Source: Eledone cirrhosa (taxonomy: Eukaryota). From it: DNA of 64,000 nt. The translations under genes and the position numbers were made by a program. The notes under the pieces were generated by a model that was given only the letters and a program-made list of their open reading frames with translations, made no database searches and had not been told where the DNA came from. Position 1 is the first letter of the stretch. Each line of letters begins with the position of its first letter. The stretch covers positions 336,722,001 to 336,786,000 of the forward strand of contig OZ024740.1 in the NCBI GenBank assembly GCA_964016885.1, in the 5' to 3' direction. Shown one piece after another: positions 40,421 to 52,972 of this stretch.

Positions 40421-40426
40421 AATAAA
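40421..40426 (+). promoter_or_regulatory. Candidate polyadenylation signal AATAAA of the p62-like gene
   Basis: AATAAA about 125 nt after the stop codon, followed by T-rich sequence. Confidence 0.45.
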
Positions 40427-40529
40427 AGTAACTAATTCTTCCTTTAAATTATTAAAATACAAAAGAAGAAATATTTATTTTCACAAGTCGTTCAACTCTG
40501 CTCATTCTTAGTGTTGTCTTCTTCTTCTT

Positions 40530-41005
40530 CTTATTATTATTATTATTATTATTGTTCTTTGAGTCTCAGTCATTGATGTTAGTTAACTGGAAAGTTTGTT
40601 GAAATGAATACCAAGCCACTACCTGCAGCCTCAGATATTCAGGACGTATCGGAGGGTTGTTGCTGTTCCCAGCAAGCATACCTTTTGAAGCGTTCCAAAA
40701 AGCGTGGCAGGGCCAATTTTCTTTAACCATCCCTGGAAACTTTTTGAGATAGTACCTAGTGCGCCTATGACAATCGGGACCACTTTGACTTCATGGCAGT
40801 TCCAAATCCTTTTTACCTCCCACTTTAAGTCCTGGTATCGGTTAATTTTCTCCCTCTCCGTCTCTTGCACTCTCGTGTCGAATGGGCAGGCCACATCCAC
40901 AATCAGGCACGATCTTTTTTCTTTGTCCACAACCACCAGGTCAGGTCTATTGTGTTCCAGTTTCTTGTCCGTCTGTATCCTAAAATACCACAGCACCTTC
41001 ACTTG
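40530..41005 (-). mobile_element. R4/Dong-like non-LTR element 3' fragment with restriction-like endonuclease, in (TAA)n
   Basis: LW.F.IQTD...HNRPDLVVVDK....LIVDVACPFD...EKINRYQDL...VVPIVIGALG; (TTA)n on both flanks. Confidence 0.85.
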
Positions 41006-41009
41006 ATCG

Positions 41010-41042
<33 letters not shown>

Positions 41043-41044
41043 GC

Positions 41045-41266
41045 TGGTGGATTGGCAGTATCAGTAGAGTGTCGGACACCATGCTTTGCAGCATAGAGTT
41101 ATGGCCCTTTATGTTCTGAGTTCAAATCCTGCTATGGTTAGCTTTGCTTTTAATCCTTATAGAGTCGATAAAATAAAGTACTAGTAATGCACTGGGGTCG
41201 ATTTAATCGACTTCCCCTCCCCAAAAATTGCTGGCCTTGTGCCTAAATCAGAAACCATTATTATTA
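41045..41266 (+). mobile_element. tRNA-derived SINE, apparently complete, (ATT)n tail
   Basis: A-box-like TGGCAGTATCAG, B-box GAGTTCAAATCC, central GTCGATAAAATAAAGTAC domain; further copies near 41290, 42250-42500, 46350-46530 and 50382-50570. Confidence 0.75.
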
Positions 41267-43383
41267 CTGTTGTCACTGTCATTGAGGGGTGTGGATTAGC
41301 AGAATAGTTAATGTTAACCAAATTCCTCTGAGGTCATCATTGTTTATCATCCTTCCAGGATCAATAAAATAAAGTACCAGTCATATACTGAGGTCAATTT
41401 AATCAATTAAACTTGCCTCACAATGTTCTGATCTTGTGGCTGAATTCGAAACAGTTCTTATTATCATTGGCATTCATTGAGTGGGGGCATGTTTATTTCT
41501 ACATTCTCTCTCTCTCCCTCTCTCTCGTTTTGGATATTGCTATGTTTTTCAAAGATTGAATGATATTTTTATGTCTAAACCTCTTTATAAGGCTAATGAG
41601 GTTTATTTTATTAATTCTCACTCAATTTTGAAAAAGAAAGGAATTTTATTGAGCAAATTATTTTTTTCTTATTTGATGTTGTTGGATATTACAGGTTTCT
41701 TTCAGAAATTGGATTAAATTTTTACATGTCGGGTCATGTAACCCAGTTTAAACAAGGCAAGTGAAGTTTATTTAATTGATTTTTGCTGCATTGTGAAGAA
41801 GAAAGGAATTTTATTGAACATTTTAAACTTTCTTTTAGCTCATCTTCATTCACAATAGTGACACGTCAAAAAAGAAATACCTTCTAGAGCTAAAAAAACA
41901 AGAAGAAAACAAACATTTCTGAAGATGCAAATTGGAAAGATGTGAAACAGCCTACTTTGCAGCAGAATGCACATAATTAGGAAGGAGAAAACATTGAGTT
42001 TTCTACAAAAAAAAACTAGTAGCATATTAAGTGGTTTTAGGAATTTACTAAGTAATAGCAACATCAAAAACAACATTGCTACTAACCCAGACTCATCATT
42101 TGCAAAGCAAAAGATGCACAAATCGAGGCAGTTTTGCCAAAATTGCTACCAGCACTGAAACTTTGGGTGTAGACAAGAGGAAAAAAAAGCAGATTGTCAG
42201 ATCAGTCCAATTAACTAGGTTTCCATTGCTGATACTATGTTAGTCATAAATCCTGGCTGAAGGAGGCAGAATTTGAACTTAGAATGCACTGAACTGGATC
42301 AGATATCACAAAGCATTCCATCTGACTCTTTAACCATTTTGCTTATCTTTGCTCCTGCACTTGTATTTTACTTATCGACCATATAAGAATGAAAGGCAAA
42401 GTTGACCTTTACAAAATTTGAACTCAGAGTGAAGTGAACCAGAACAAATAGCAAAGCATTTAATCCGATTCCCAAACAATTCTGTTAATTTGCTGCCTGG
42501 ATATAGACAAAGCACAATCCAAATCAGAACTGTTAAATTGTGTTAAGAAGGAATTTGTCTCTTTGCCTCAATATTTTATTCAAAAGAAAGAAACAAGAAA
42601 ACTTACCTAGTTTTACCTTACAAAGGGAAGCTGAGCCTTCTCCGTACCAGATAAGGAAAGCTTTAACTGATATCTGGACTAGCAACTTGTCACAGCACCA
42701 TCTACCTGGGACACCAACACCAGTAGCAGAAAGAAATTTTACACTGAAAACTTGCTCATAAGCTCCTGCCCTAGTACATGGGGCAACATAATAAAAAGGT
42801 AACAGTTAAGAGCATTGCAAGTGACATTAACCCCCATGTACATTTTCACCTTTGTAGTATAGTATGAGTGCATAAGTACATAAGTAACAAGAAATGATGG
42901 TTGGACAGAATCAGCATGAATTTACAAGTCCTTGTTATGCCAGAGGACTACGGGGCTACTTCAGAGTTGTGTGTTGTTCTTTGTGCTGAATCAAAATGAA
43001 TGAGACTGATGGTGCAGGGCAAAAAGAATGATCATTATAGCTGTGATAGCAAGAGCAGCTTGATGACCTTTGGGCTTGAAGAACTAAAGAAGCAAAGAAA
43101 AGAAAGGACATAGAACATCAGGACCTTAAGTCATGGTTCTGGAAGCTACTATCCCAGTAACACCTCCAGTTACACCACTAATTGCTGTTCCAATGGTAGC
43201 CAGACAAACCCACACCAATTTTGATTGCAGAAGCAAACAATGACAAATGATTCATACATATATATTTGTGTGTTTGTCTGTGTGTGTATTTGTACTATAT
43301 TAAGCGTGAAAATAATATATATCTTTATTGAACTTCATCGTCTGTTGTGTTTTTTCCATTTACTTTTCCCACACACACACACA

Positions 43384-43440
<57 letters not shown>

Positions 43441-46400
43441 TATGTATACGTACACATTTCTCACTCTTAGTTTCATTTTTTCTATTTATATATATATACT
43501 CATAACAGTAAGCAGTAGCAATGGTATAAAATTGATGAGTGAACATTACAAACACTTCGCAAAGGGGACTGACTCTTGGATGATACATTTACAAAATTCA
43601 CTCAGTTTCAAACATTCAAGCCAGGTCCTCAATATGAAGATAACTTTTCCATACTTTCCATGTCTCAACGACCTTGAAAAGGGTCATGAGTACTGATATT
43701 CACCCTCAGATTTAGAAATTTAAAAAATATATAAAAATAATAAGTTAATTCGCCAAGACATTTTAAGCAGTGCCTTTTATCAGAAGAGTAAGAAATATAT
43801 GTAGCTTCTCCAAAGAGTCCTGTCCACTCCAAAGAGTCCTGTCCAAAACATTAGACCTGTTCTCTTAGTAACCGATTCTATTCTGTGTTCTGTTTTTGTT
43901 TTTATTTGTCATCATAAGATTCCTTGGATTTTACTGTTTCACTTGAAAGTATATGCCAGCCAAATGGAAGTATGATATATGTCAGTATTGCTATATGAAG
44001 GATAAGATTACAGCCTCCTCAGTTGTAAAGTGCTTAATTCACTGTTTGACTATCAACAGTTGCATAAACCAAAATGGAGAGTTCTACACTGTCACTAAAC
44101 CTGCTAGAGATAGCAGCTCAGTCTCCTTGAAATTTCACCGTACTATCTTTAAAAAATGATACATTGAATAAAGTAGACCTAGGTATAATGTCTTAATAAA
44201 AGATGGTATGATTATGTACTTATTGGATTAGGGATGAGGATAAACAACAACAGCTGTTTCCTGCCTGTAAATATATATTCTCTACAACACCAATCAAACT
44301 CTTCTATAAAATGTCCTAATCATGAGGCAGCACATAACTGAACCACCAGACTGTTTACCATCCCAACATTTAAGTCATCCTCCCTCCCTCTCTTTCTCTC
44401 AACTGGTCTGGTTATTATTTAATCAATCCTGTAGAAATAGGAACAGAATTGAGCTATGTTGAACCTGGAAATCATGGTACCAAACCATTACTAACTTTGT
44501 TGTAACTACATTAACCTTTTTGATACTAATCCAACATACTCTGATTCTATAAAATACAACCATATATTTTAAAGGGTTCCTATTTAAATTAAAATCTTCC
44601 AAAATAATTTTATATAAGAACCATGTGATATGTTACTATCTTAGTGATTAGATAATTAGTAATTTTTGTAAATCTCTCAAAATTCATTACTTAACTGAAT
44701 TAGAGTGTTTCATAAGAAATACGGCCAGGGAGGGTTAATAACAAGTCAATCACTCAGAATGTGTATAATACAAGGATTAAAATTCTAGAGATGCAGTAGT
44801 TTAAGATATCAGACTATTTACCTTAAGGAATATCATTTTCAACTAGCTAAAGTGTTCTTACGTTCAATTTTATTCCATAGTTAACTTATTTAACACTCTG
44901 TGTTACATTAGTAAGACATTCTTGGAAAATATAAAACAACATTATGACTGCATCACATTAAAAATTAGTCTTTACTTTAATACTTCAAATTTTCATAACA
45001 ATCTGTTCACTAATAAATATACTATAAACCTTTAAATTAACAAACCTATTTTTAGACATATTTTGCTAAATCGTTGCAAGATGTTAAAAGAAACAAAATA
45101 TAACAGTTATTGTTATTAAAATCATATTATAGCTTTACTTTAACACCTTCAGAAACCTTACCCGCTACACAATAATCAGTCACCTTACAGAGCCTGTGTT
45201 AACAAGATAAATACAGATAGGCAAGGAGAAATGTATCTTCTACTTCTTTTTTCTTTAAAGTCTATTAGCTAGAGATTGGAGTTACTTTTGTCGTGAAGCA
45301 AAGGTAGTGTGTAAATTGCTGTATTTTGTGATGAATCACCTTTCAAAGGGAAGTAAATCCTGTGTCTGATACATTGACAGTTACAGAGTATGAAAGTTGC
45401 AGTAATATATAAAGTGTATTTCTATGTGAGTATATGAAAAAATAAAAGGTTGGTAATTTTCAATGAAAATTATTTTCTATTTTTTCCCAAAACAAATACA
45501 TTATATATATCAAAGAATTGTTAATGAAAGAGGAAACCAAATCATAGTGTATATATATATATGTATATATACTAGACTCAAGTAGACGTATTTAAGACTA
45601 TTCAACAGAATTCGTAATATAATCGGCTTCTATCCCCACAGCCCCGGCGGACAGAATGGAGAAGGCGTTTCCACGGAGGACGGCAACGGAGACGCGTGTG
45701 AATAGAAATTTATTTGACTAAGGGAGATAACTCTTCAGGCTCTGGCTATCGAATTGTATAATCATTTATATTAAAAGGGAAGTTTTAACATTCGGTAATA
45801 TTTTTTTATGTAAGATTAATGATATCTAATAGTGACCAAAGCTTGTGTGTAGGGAAAAAAATAATTCATATAATTAAAGAACTTCCTACAGTGGTGAAAC
45901 ACCGATAATTTCTTATACAGTTGTGGATATTCCGTTTCACAGTGAAGGATATTAGAACATAAGTGAAGTTATGATGGCTATGGGAACTGCCACTCCTCAG
46001 GCGAATTTATTTTGTTTATGAGAAATACAATGCGAATAGGAATAATGCTGAAAAAAGAGTAGAGTAGTGTAAGACTGATAAAACAAAACAATAGTTTATT
46101 TCAAGGTTAGAACCGCTTTTTGAAATGAAGAATGAAGAAAGTATGGAGCATCTTATTCTTATTGTTGTATGACTGACCGTTGGTGGAAAGGTCACACAAT
46201 GGTCGGCTGTATGTAGCTTTATATCATCATCATCTTCATCATCACCATTTAACGTCCATTTTCCACACGAGTGTGTTATTCCCAGTCTGCCAAGTTACAA
46301 AAACCATACAAATCATTTAAAAAATAATTCTATCCCTAAAAATACATATTGATTTCTAATATAGGAACAAGGCCAAGACAAAGACGTTTATATTAACCCC

Positions 46401-46774
46401 TTGACTGGTACTTTATTTCATCGACCCCAGAAAAATGAAAAGATAAGTTGACCTGGTCAAGATTTGATCACAGAATGCAAAGAGCCAAAACAAATACTGC
46501 AATGGCATTGAATCGACACTCTACCAATTCAAAGATTGATAATATTACCTAATGACATAACTTCATAACTTATTTTTCTACATATTTCATTAACAATATC
46601 CTCTCAACTTCAAATTGCTTGGCTTGAGATTATTTTGTTACTTTAACAATGATTAAGATTTTAGGATCACAAATGTAAGGTCATGGGTTCAATTCCCAAC
46701 CAGTTGGCATATTGTGTCCTTGAACATATTATCAAGTTCCTTCAGCTTTCCTCTTTGTTGCCTTGTCTTCAAGC

Positions 46775-47075
46775 GTTTAAATGAAGCACCAGATTGGCAG
46801 TTAGGTCTCATCAATTTGCAGTTGAAGTTCCTAAATGTAATCACAAATTCTATTCTGAAAGTTTCTTCCCTCACACATCTCACTTATGGAATTCTTTTCC
46901 AGCTTCTTGCTTTTCTTACAACTACAATTTGCAAAAATTCAAAAGTAACATCAATTGTCGATCATCATTTCTCTTCTTGAATTATATTCTGTGTCTTGTC
47001 CTTCACCATTTCTCAGTAATTTTAATGGCTTTATTGCCTTGTTTGGAGTTAGCAAAAGAAATGATAATAAGTACC
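46775..47075 (+). mobile_element. CR1/L2-group LINE 3' fragment
   Basis: RSHQFAVEVPKCNHKFYSESFFPHTSHLWNSFPASCF..NYNLQKFKSNIN. Confidence 0.7.
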
Positions 47076-49299
47076 AGCTACGACCATTCCATTGTTTTAG
47101 AAGTATTTCTAGGAGTACAATATTCAATGTGTCCTTTCCTTATTTAAAACAGTAGTATATGTTCTCAGAGAGATTTGGCTGCTATTTCTAGCAAATCATG
47201 TAGCCATGTAGAAACTCACTTGTTGACTCTAATATGGATGGTGATTACCTTTCCTATCGTTTACTACCTTGATTGTCAAGGATTTCAGTTGAATTAGCAC
47301 AAGTAGAATTACGTATCTTGACTAGGCTTGGCAACCATTTGATCTACAAACAGCCCCTTAGCATTAGTCACTGTACATCTTGTACCATATAACTGGGAAT
47401 ATGGCATTAACATCAGATGAGAGAAAGAAACGAAAATGTTGTGTATACACAAATTTACTGAGTAGTCTCACCTTGGTTTCAAAATTTCTGCAACAAATAT
47501 CAGACACCATCTAATATACAAAAGCTATGTGTGTATATTTATAAAGTATAGCTGTGTGGTCGTGAGTTTAGTCCTACTGTGTGGCACTTTGGATAAATGT
47601 CTTCTACTTCAGCTTTGGGTTAATTAATGCCTTATGAGTGGAAATTGGTAGGCAGAAACTACTGAAGCCTATCATGTATATGTATGTATATGCATATGTA
47701 CATGCATATTCTCGTGCCAATGCTTAAGTTTTTGCCTATGTTTATGTCCTGTAACTTAGAAGTTCAACAAAAAAGAAATTGATATAAGTACCAGACTTGA
47801 AGGAAAATAAGTGGAGAGATGCTGTGCTGAATAGGAGCCACCCGACCCTTGCAAATCGGGAAAAGCAGGCATAAAATGATGATGATGATGATGATGATAA
47901 GGTCAATATGGTAGACTAAATCAAGGTGGTCCTGCAATATGTCTGCAGTCCAATGACAGAAACCAGTAAAAGGTTTCAAAAAAGGTATATGTATATATAT
48001 ATAGAAAAGGGGGGGGGGGGATAAAGTTTAATCTGTATAAATAGAGAGTATGTAACCAAAACTGCACAAATGTTTATATAAATATACACATATCTAATAT
48101 GTAAGCATGTAAACATGCCAAAAAAATATGAATTTCTTTGTAAATTGAAAATATGATATATTTATAAAGATCAATTTACAGGGAATTCCAAGAATTATAC
48201 TCCCTTCAGAAGATGAGATGCAAGCAAGGGAGAAAATTCCTATAGCCTTCGTTGATACAAGTCTTTTTGGCACAATGCAAATTGGTTAGACTAGAATGGC
48301 CAAATACAAATATATAAATTATGCGTTAATTACGTATCAACAAAAGGTAAAGGTGAAAAAACACCAGGGGAGTACTTTGCATGAAGTGTATACATACAAA
48401 TAGTCTTACAGTCTATGACAAGTGGAGATAAAAAAAACTGTGAGGTGGTGTATCATCATCACTGTTTATCATCCATTTTCTCATGCTAACATGGGTTAGA
48501 CGAGTCGCCCCATTGTGAGACAAGTCAGATCAGGTGAATATATCTTGCTCATACGGATCTGTATTTTGGCTTGGTTTCTACAGCTGGATGTCATTCCTAA
48601 CACCAACCATGTTACAATGTGAACAGGGTGCTATTTGTTGTGACATCTACATAACCACTTTACAGTGTGGGCTGGGCACTTTTTGTCATATCACTAACAC
48701 AACCACTTTACAGTGTGGGATTGAAGTAGATCTAGGGACATGGGTGAGGTGTTTGGGCATGGGTGTGGTGTTAGGACAAGGGAGGTGGAGGTATACACTA
48801 GATGTATGCTTCAACTCGTGCATGGGAGAAGGCAGGTCTGTACTGTGCATATAAATTGTAATGTATACAGGGGCATTATATATATATATTTCTCAGAGAA
48901 AATATATATTTTGTAATATATAAAAGTGTATATAATAATGTCCAACTAACAGAAGGAGAGTATATATTTTGTAATATATACAGGTTTGTGTATAGATTCC
49001 TCACAGATAGAGAGGTAGTGTATATTTTTAATGTATACAAGGATATCTCATAAACAGAAAATGTATATTTTGTTATATAAACATAAGTGTCTACAGATAT
49101 CTCAGACAGAAAGGGAACATATATTTTGTAATAGAGTATATGTCATCATTACATAGACACTATCTTGTTTTGTAATGTATACAGGGGAAGATGACTGTGT
49201 GAGGGACAGAGGTTAGATAATGAAGTAAGGAAATGAAAGGGGGCATATTTGGCAGGAGGTTGGGATCTAGATATTGTTACACCTCTCTGCTTTTATCAC

Positions 49300-49880
49300 C
49301 ATCTTCTTCCTGTTTGTTTCATCCTGCTCACTTGGAAGGTGAGTCTTCTGTAGTACAGCATATTGCCAGATGACCTGATCCTGTATCACCTCTTTAATAT
49401 GGTTCAAATTTGTTAGGTCAACATTTACCACTTCATCCCAAGTTTTCCTTGGTCTACTACTTCCACAATTTCAATTAAGTTTATGTGCCATGCACAACTG
49501 TTATCCTCTGTGCCAATACCAACATAATCTTCTCTCTTGTTCATTGCTTCTAATTCCGCTTATGCTCAACTTTTCTTTTAGTTTGCTAATGCACACTGTT
49601 ATACACATCCATCAGAGCATGCTTGCCTCATTTCTTTCCAATTGTTACAGATCCTCTGCAATCAAGTCCCAAGTTTTACTTCCATGCAATATTACACTTT
49701 ACACACAATTACCATACAATCAAGCTTTCATCCTGTGGGAGAAACCCTTTGTAGCTAGCAGGGGTAGTAACTCCCATGAATTTTTTCCACTCAGTTCTCA
49801 TTCTATCCACAATATTTTCAGAACATCTACTGCCACTGTTCTAATTAAGTCCCATAGGTAGCAGAAGCTATCAACCACTT
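49300..49880 (-). mobile_element. Old, degenerate RTE fragment
   Basis: Antisense ORF IHQSMLASFLSN...VLLPCNI parallels the antisense ORFs of the younger RTE copies. Confidence 0.75.
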
Positions 49881-51240
49881 CTTATTCTTTGTAATGTATA
49901 CGGGAAGTGTCTAAAGATTTTTCATAGACAGAGAATATATATTTTGTAATGTATACACACAAAGCTGGTGCTAACATTAGGCTAACTAAACAGCTACTGA
50001 GGGCTCAGAGCTGTCTCTTGAGAGGCATAAAACTGAGCTGTTTTTGAAAATCGAAGTAGACAATGTGGATGGGGGTGCATGAAGTTACCTTACATAAGCC
50101 ACAAAATCTTAATTATGAGAAAACTTATTTTACTAAACCCTTGTTCATTTTTGGTGACTCTATTGGTGCCACAGTCCTCATATTTCACCTTTACTCAGCT
50201 GTTTATATAATTCATGTAAGCATGGGTTATAGAAAGGATGATGATGACAATTATATATATAAAAGGTTCTCAAAGTGGGTACTACCAACCCCCGATCCTG
50301 GCGGGGGTGCGGGTGGGGGTAGAGATGATATAATAATATAATAAATATCAAATGATAGATATTATATATAAATATATAATATGGTGGATTGGCAGTATCG
50401 GTAGAGAGTCAGACGCCATGCTTTGCAGCATAGAGTTACGGCCCTTGCTATTCTGAGTTCAAATCTTGCCAAGGTTAACTTTGCCTTTCATCCTTATGGG
50501 ATCGATAAAATAAAGTACCAGTAATGTACTGGGTAATTGCTGGCCTTGTGCCAAAAGTAGAAACAATTATATATAAATATATGAAAATAAAAAATATATA
50601 TTTATTTATACATAGTATATATTATATTATTATATATAAATTAACAATTTAATTTATTGTATATTTACAATTTGTGTGTAGGCAGGTCTCTTTGGAAACA
50701 GGGGGAGGGGGGGGGGGGGGGGGGGTTAGAGAACCTCTGATCTATATATTCTACTTTTCACATTTTATTTACTAAGTTATTAATTTATTTATTTATTCCT
50801 ATTTATATCATTTTTATAAACCCATGTCTCATTTCTAATTATCAGAGTATCTGGAACTCAGGATCCTTGTTAGCAGTATCGGGCAAAATGAAAATGCGAC
50901 AAGGTAGTCAAGCATCTCACATGCTGGCTGTCTGATGTGCATGATTGTATGCAACCCCAACTGTACCCACATTTTGTCTCCCTAACGTTATTACTTCCCA
51001 CGGAAAATAATATATCAGATTCTTTTTTGACAGACCTCATATATATATATATATATCAAAACACAGCCACCGTACTTGCTATTAACTAAAATATGTGCAC
51101 CCTGAACTATGAGTTGCAGTAGCATTACTGCAATCTAACAGAGTTATTGAGTGGGCGAGGCGTTGGCTGGAGACTGTTGAGTTAATATCAACAATTTTCA
51201 TAAACATTGTACGTGTATGCATGTATATATATATATAAGG

Positions 51241-51502
51241 AAAAAAGAGATGTCCTACACGAGTGAAAGTATAAGGAAAAAAGATGAAATCGAAAATGCA
51301 ACTGGAGTCTTTTTAAGAATATTTATTTGGTTCCTTTACCGGTTTCGTAGTTCTTTTGAGAAACCACAAACCCTCCATCTCAATTCTACTTTTGAAAAGC
51401 ATAAGAACTGCGAAACCGGTAAAGGAACCAAATAAATATTCTTAAAAAAACTCCAGTTGCATTTTCGATTTCATCTTTCACTCGTGTAGGACATCTCTTT
51501 TT
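51241..51502. repeat. Fold-back inverted repeat (about 100-bp arms) between (TA)n tracts, with a decayed hammerhead at 51389-51424
   Basis: Arms complementary except for a 14-nt insertion; CTT-TTGAAAA-GCA(TAAGAAC)TGC-GAA-ACCGGT-A-AAG. Confidence 0.85.
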
Positions 51503-51537
51503 TATTTTTCATTTTGGAAAAAAAAACTCATTTTCTA

Positions 51538-51598
<61 letters not shown>

Positions 51599-52916
51599 TA
51601 TAATTATTTTATATCAATAAGTGGTTTTATTTGCAATACAACTTTCATATAATGGTTGATCACAACTGCATGTTGTGACCAGCCATTAGGTGAAACTTGT
51701 ACTGCAAGTAACTGCTATTATACATATAGAGAGCTGTATCAGATGTTTGCAGCCTGTACATGTTTTAAAACAACTACATTACGATGTTATATGTGTGTAT
51801 GGGCACCCAACTCTAGAAACCATATTAAAACCAGAATGTATGTAATTGAGATGTGGTCCCTGACCCATCTGAGAGGACAGTGGCTCTGATTTAAATACTG
51901 AATTTGTCTGTAATGATCTATACATGGAAGAACAGATGTTAAATGATGATAATGATATATATGTATGTGTCTTCACTTCACATTTGACACCACTACCACA
52001 AGTGGTGACATTTGTTTATGTCCAACATAAACAAAGATCTAGCAGTTCAGCAAGTGTTGGTGTCAAAAAGAGCATCTGGCCATAGAATGCTGCCACTAAA
52101 GAGTAACATGCAGCCTATGGTAAAAAAAAGAAACGGCATAAAAACAATGATTATAATGATGTATTTGGTATTAAAACCTTAGACAACACACACCATCTTA
52201 CTTACCTCAATCTATATAGAAACCTATATCAGCAAATAAATAAATATATAAACAAGATCTGCTCCCAGCTTTCATGTTGTTGGTGTATTCTATTACACCT
52301 AACTATAATAGAACAACAAATACTTCTATTTAATGGTTTATGTTTGCATTTGTAAACCCATCAAGTGTTAAAATTGGAAAAATACAATGGAACATATCAC
52401 ATAACAAACACACACACATGAAGGAACTGTTTCAATGATGAATGTTCCAGTTGTTCAATCAACAGAACAGCCTACTCATGAAATTAATGTGTAAGTGGGT
52501 GAGCAGTCCACAGACATATGTATCGTTAACATAATTCTAAGGGAGATACACAGTGGTACAGAGTGTGAGATTTAAACTTTGAATTACAGGTATAGTCCAC
52601 CCAACAAGCTTCCAAACATTTTCCATCTACCCAATTCCATTCACAAGGCAACGGTAAATGATACTTGCCTAAGATGCCAGTCCGTGAGATTGAGCCTGGG
52701 ATGTAACAATTACGAAGCAAACTAATTAACCATTCAGCATCCACATATACACACATATATATATATCATCATCATTTCTGTTTAACGTCAATTTTTTCAT
52801 GCTTGTATATATATATATATATATGCTCAATAGTTGTTTTGGTAAAAATAGGAGTAAGCAGGAGAAAGCTCTCTACATTCATAATGTGTAGTTATGATGG
52901 AGATTCAGTATAAGAC

Positions 52917-52972
52917 TAACATTAAGAAAGATGCTGATGTTACATGTAACATCAGCATCTTTCTTAATGTTA
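52917..52972. repeat. Perfect 56-bp palindrome next to (TA)n
   Basis: TAACATTAAGAAAGATGCTGATGTTACA|TGTAACATCAGCATCTTTCTTAATGTTA. Confidence 0.9.

Noticed and set aside
41450-45600. Additional exons or a third gene between the p62-like gene and NIPBL
   Set aside because: Only short ORFs without recognisable domains or consistent splice phases; mostly SINE and MITE debris.
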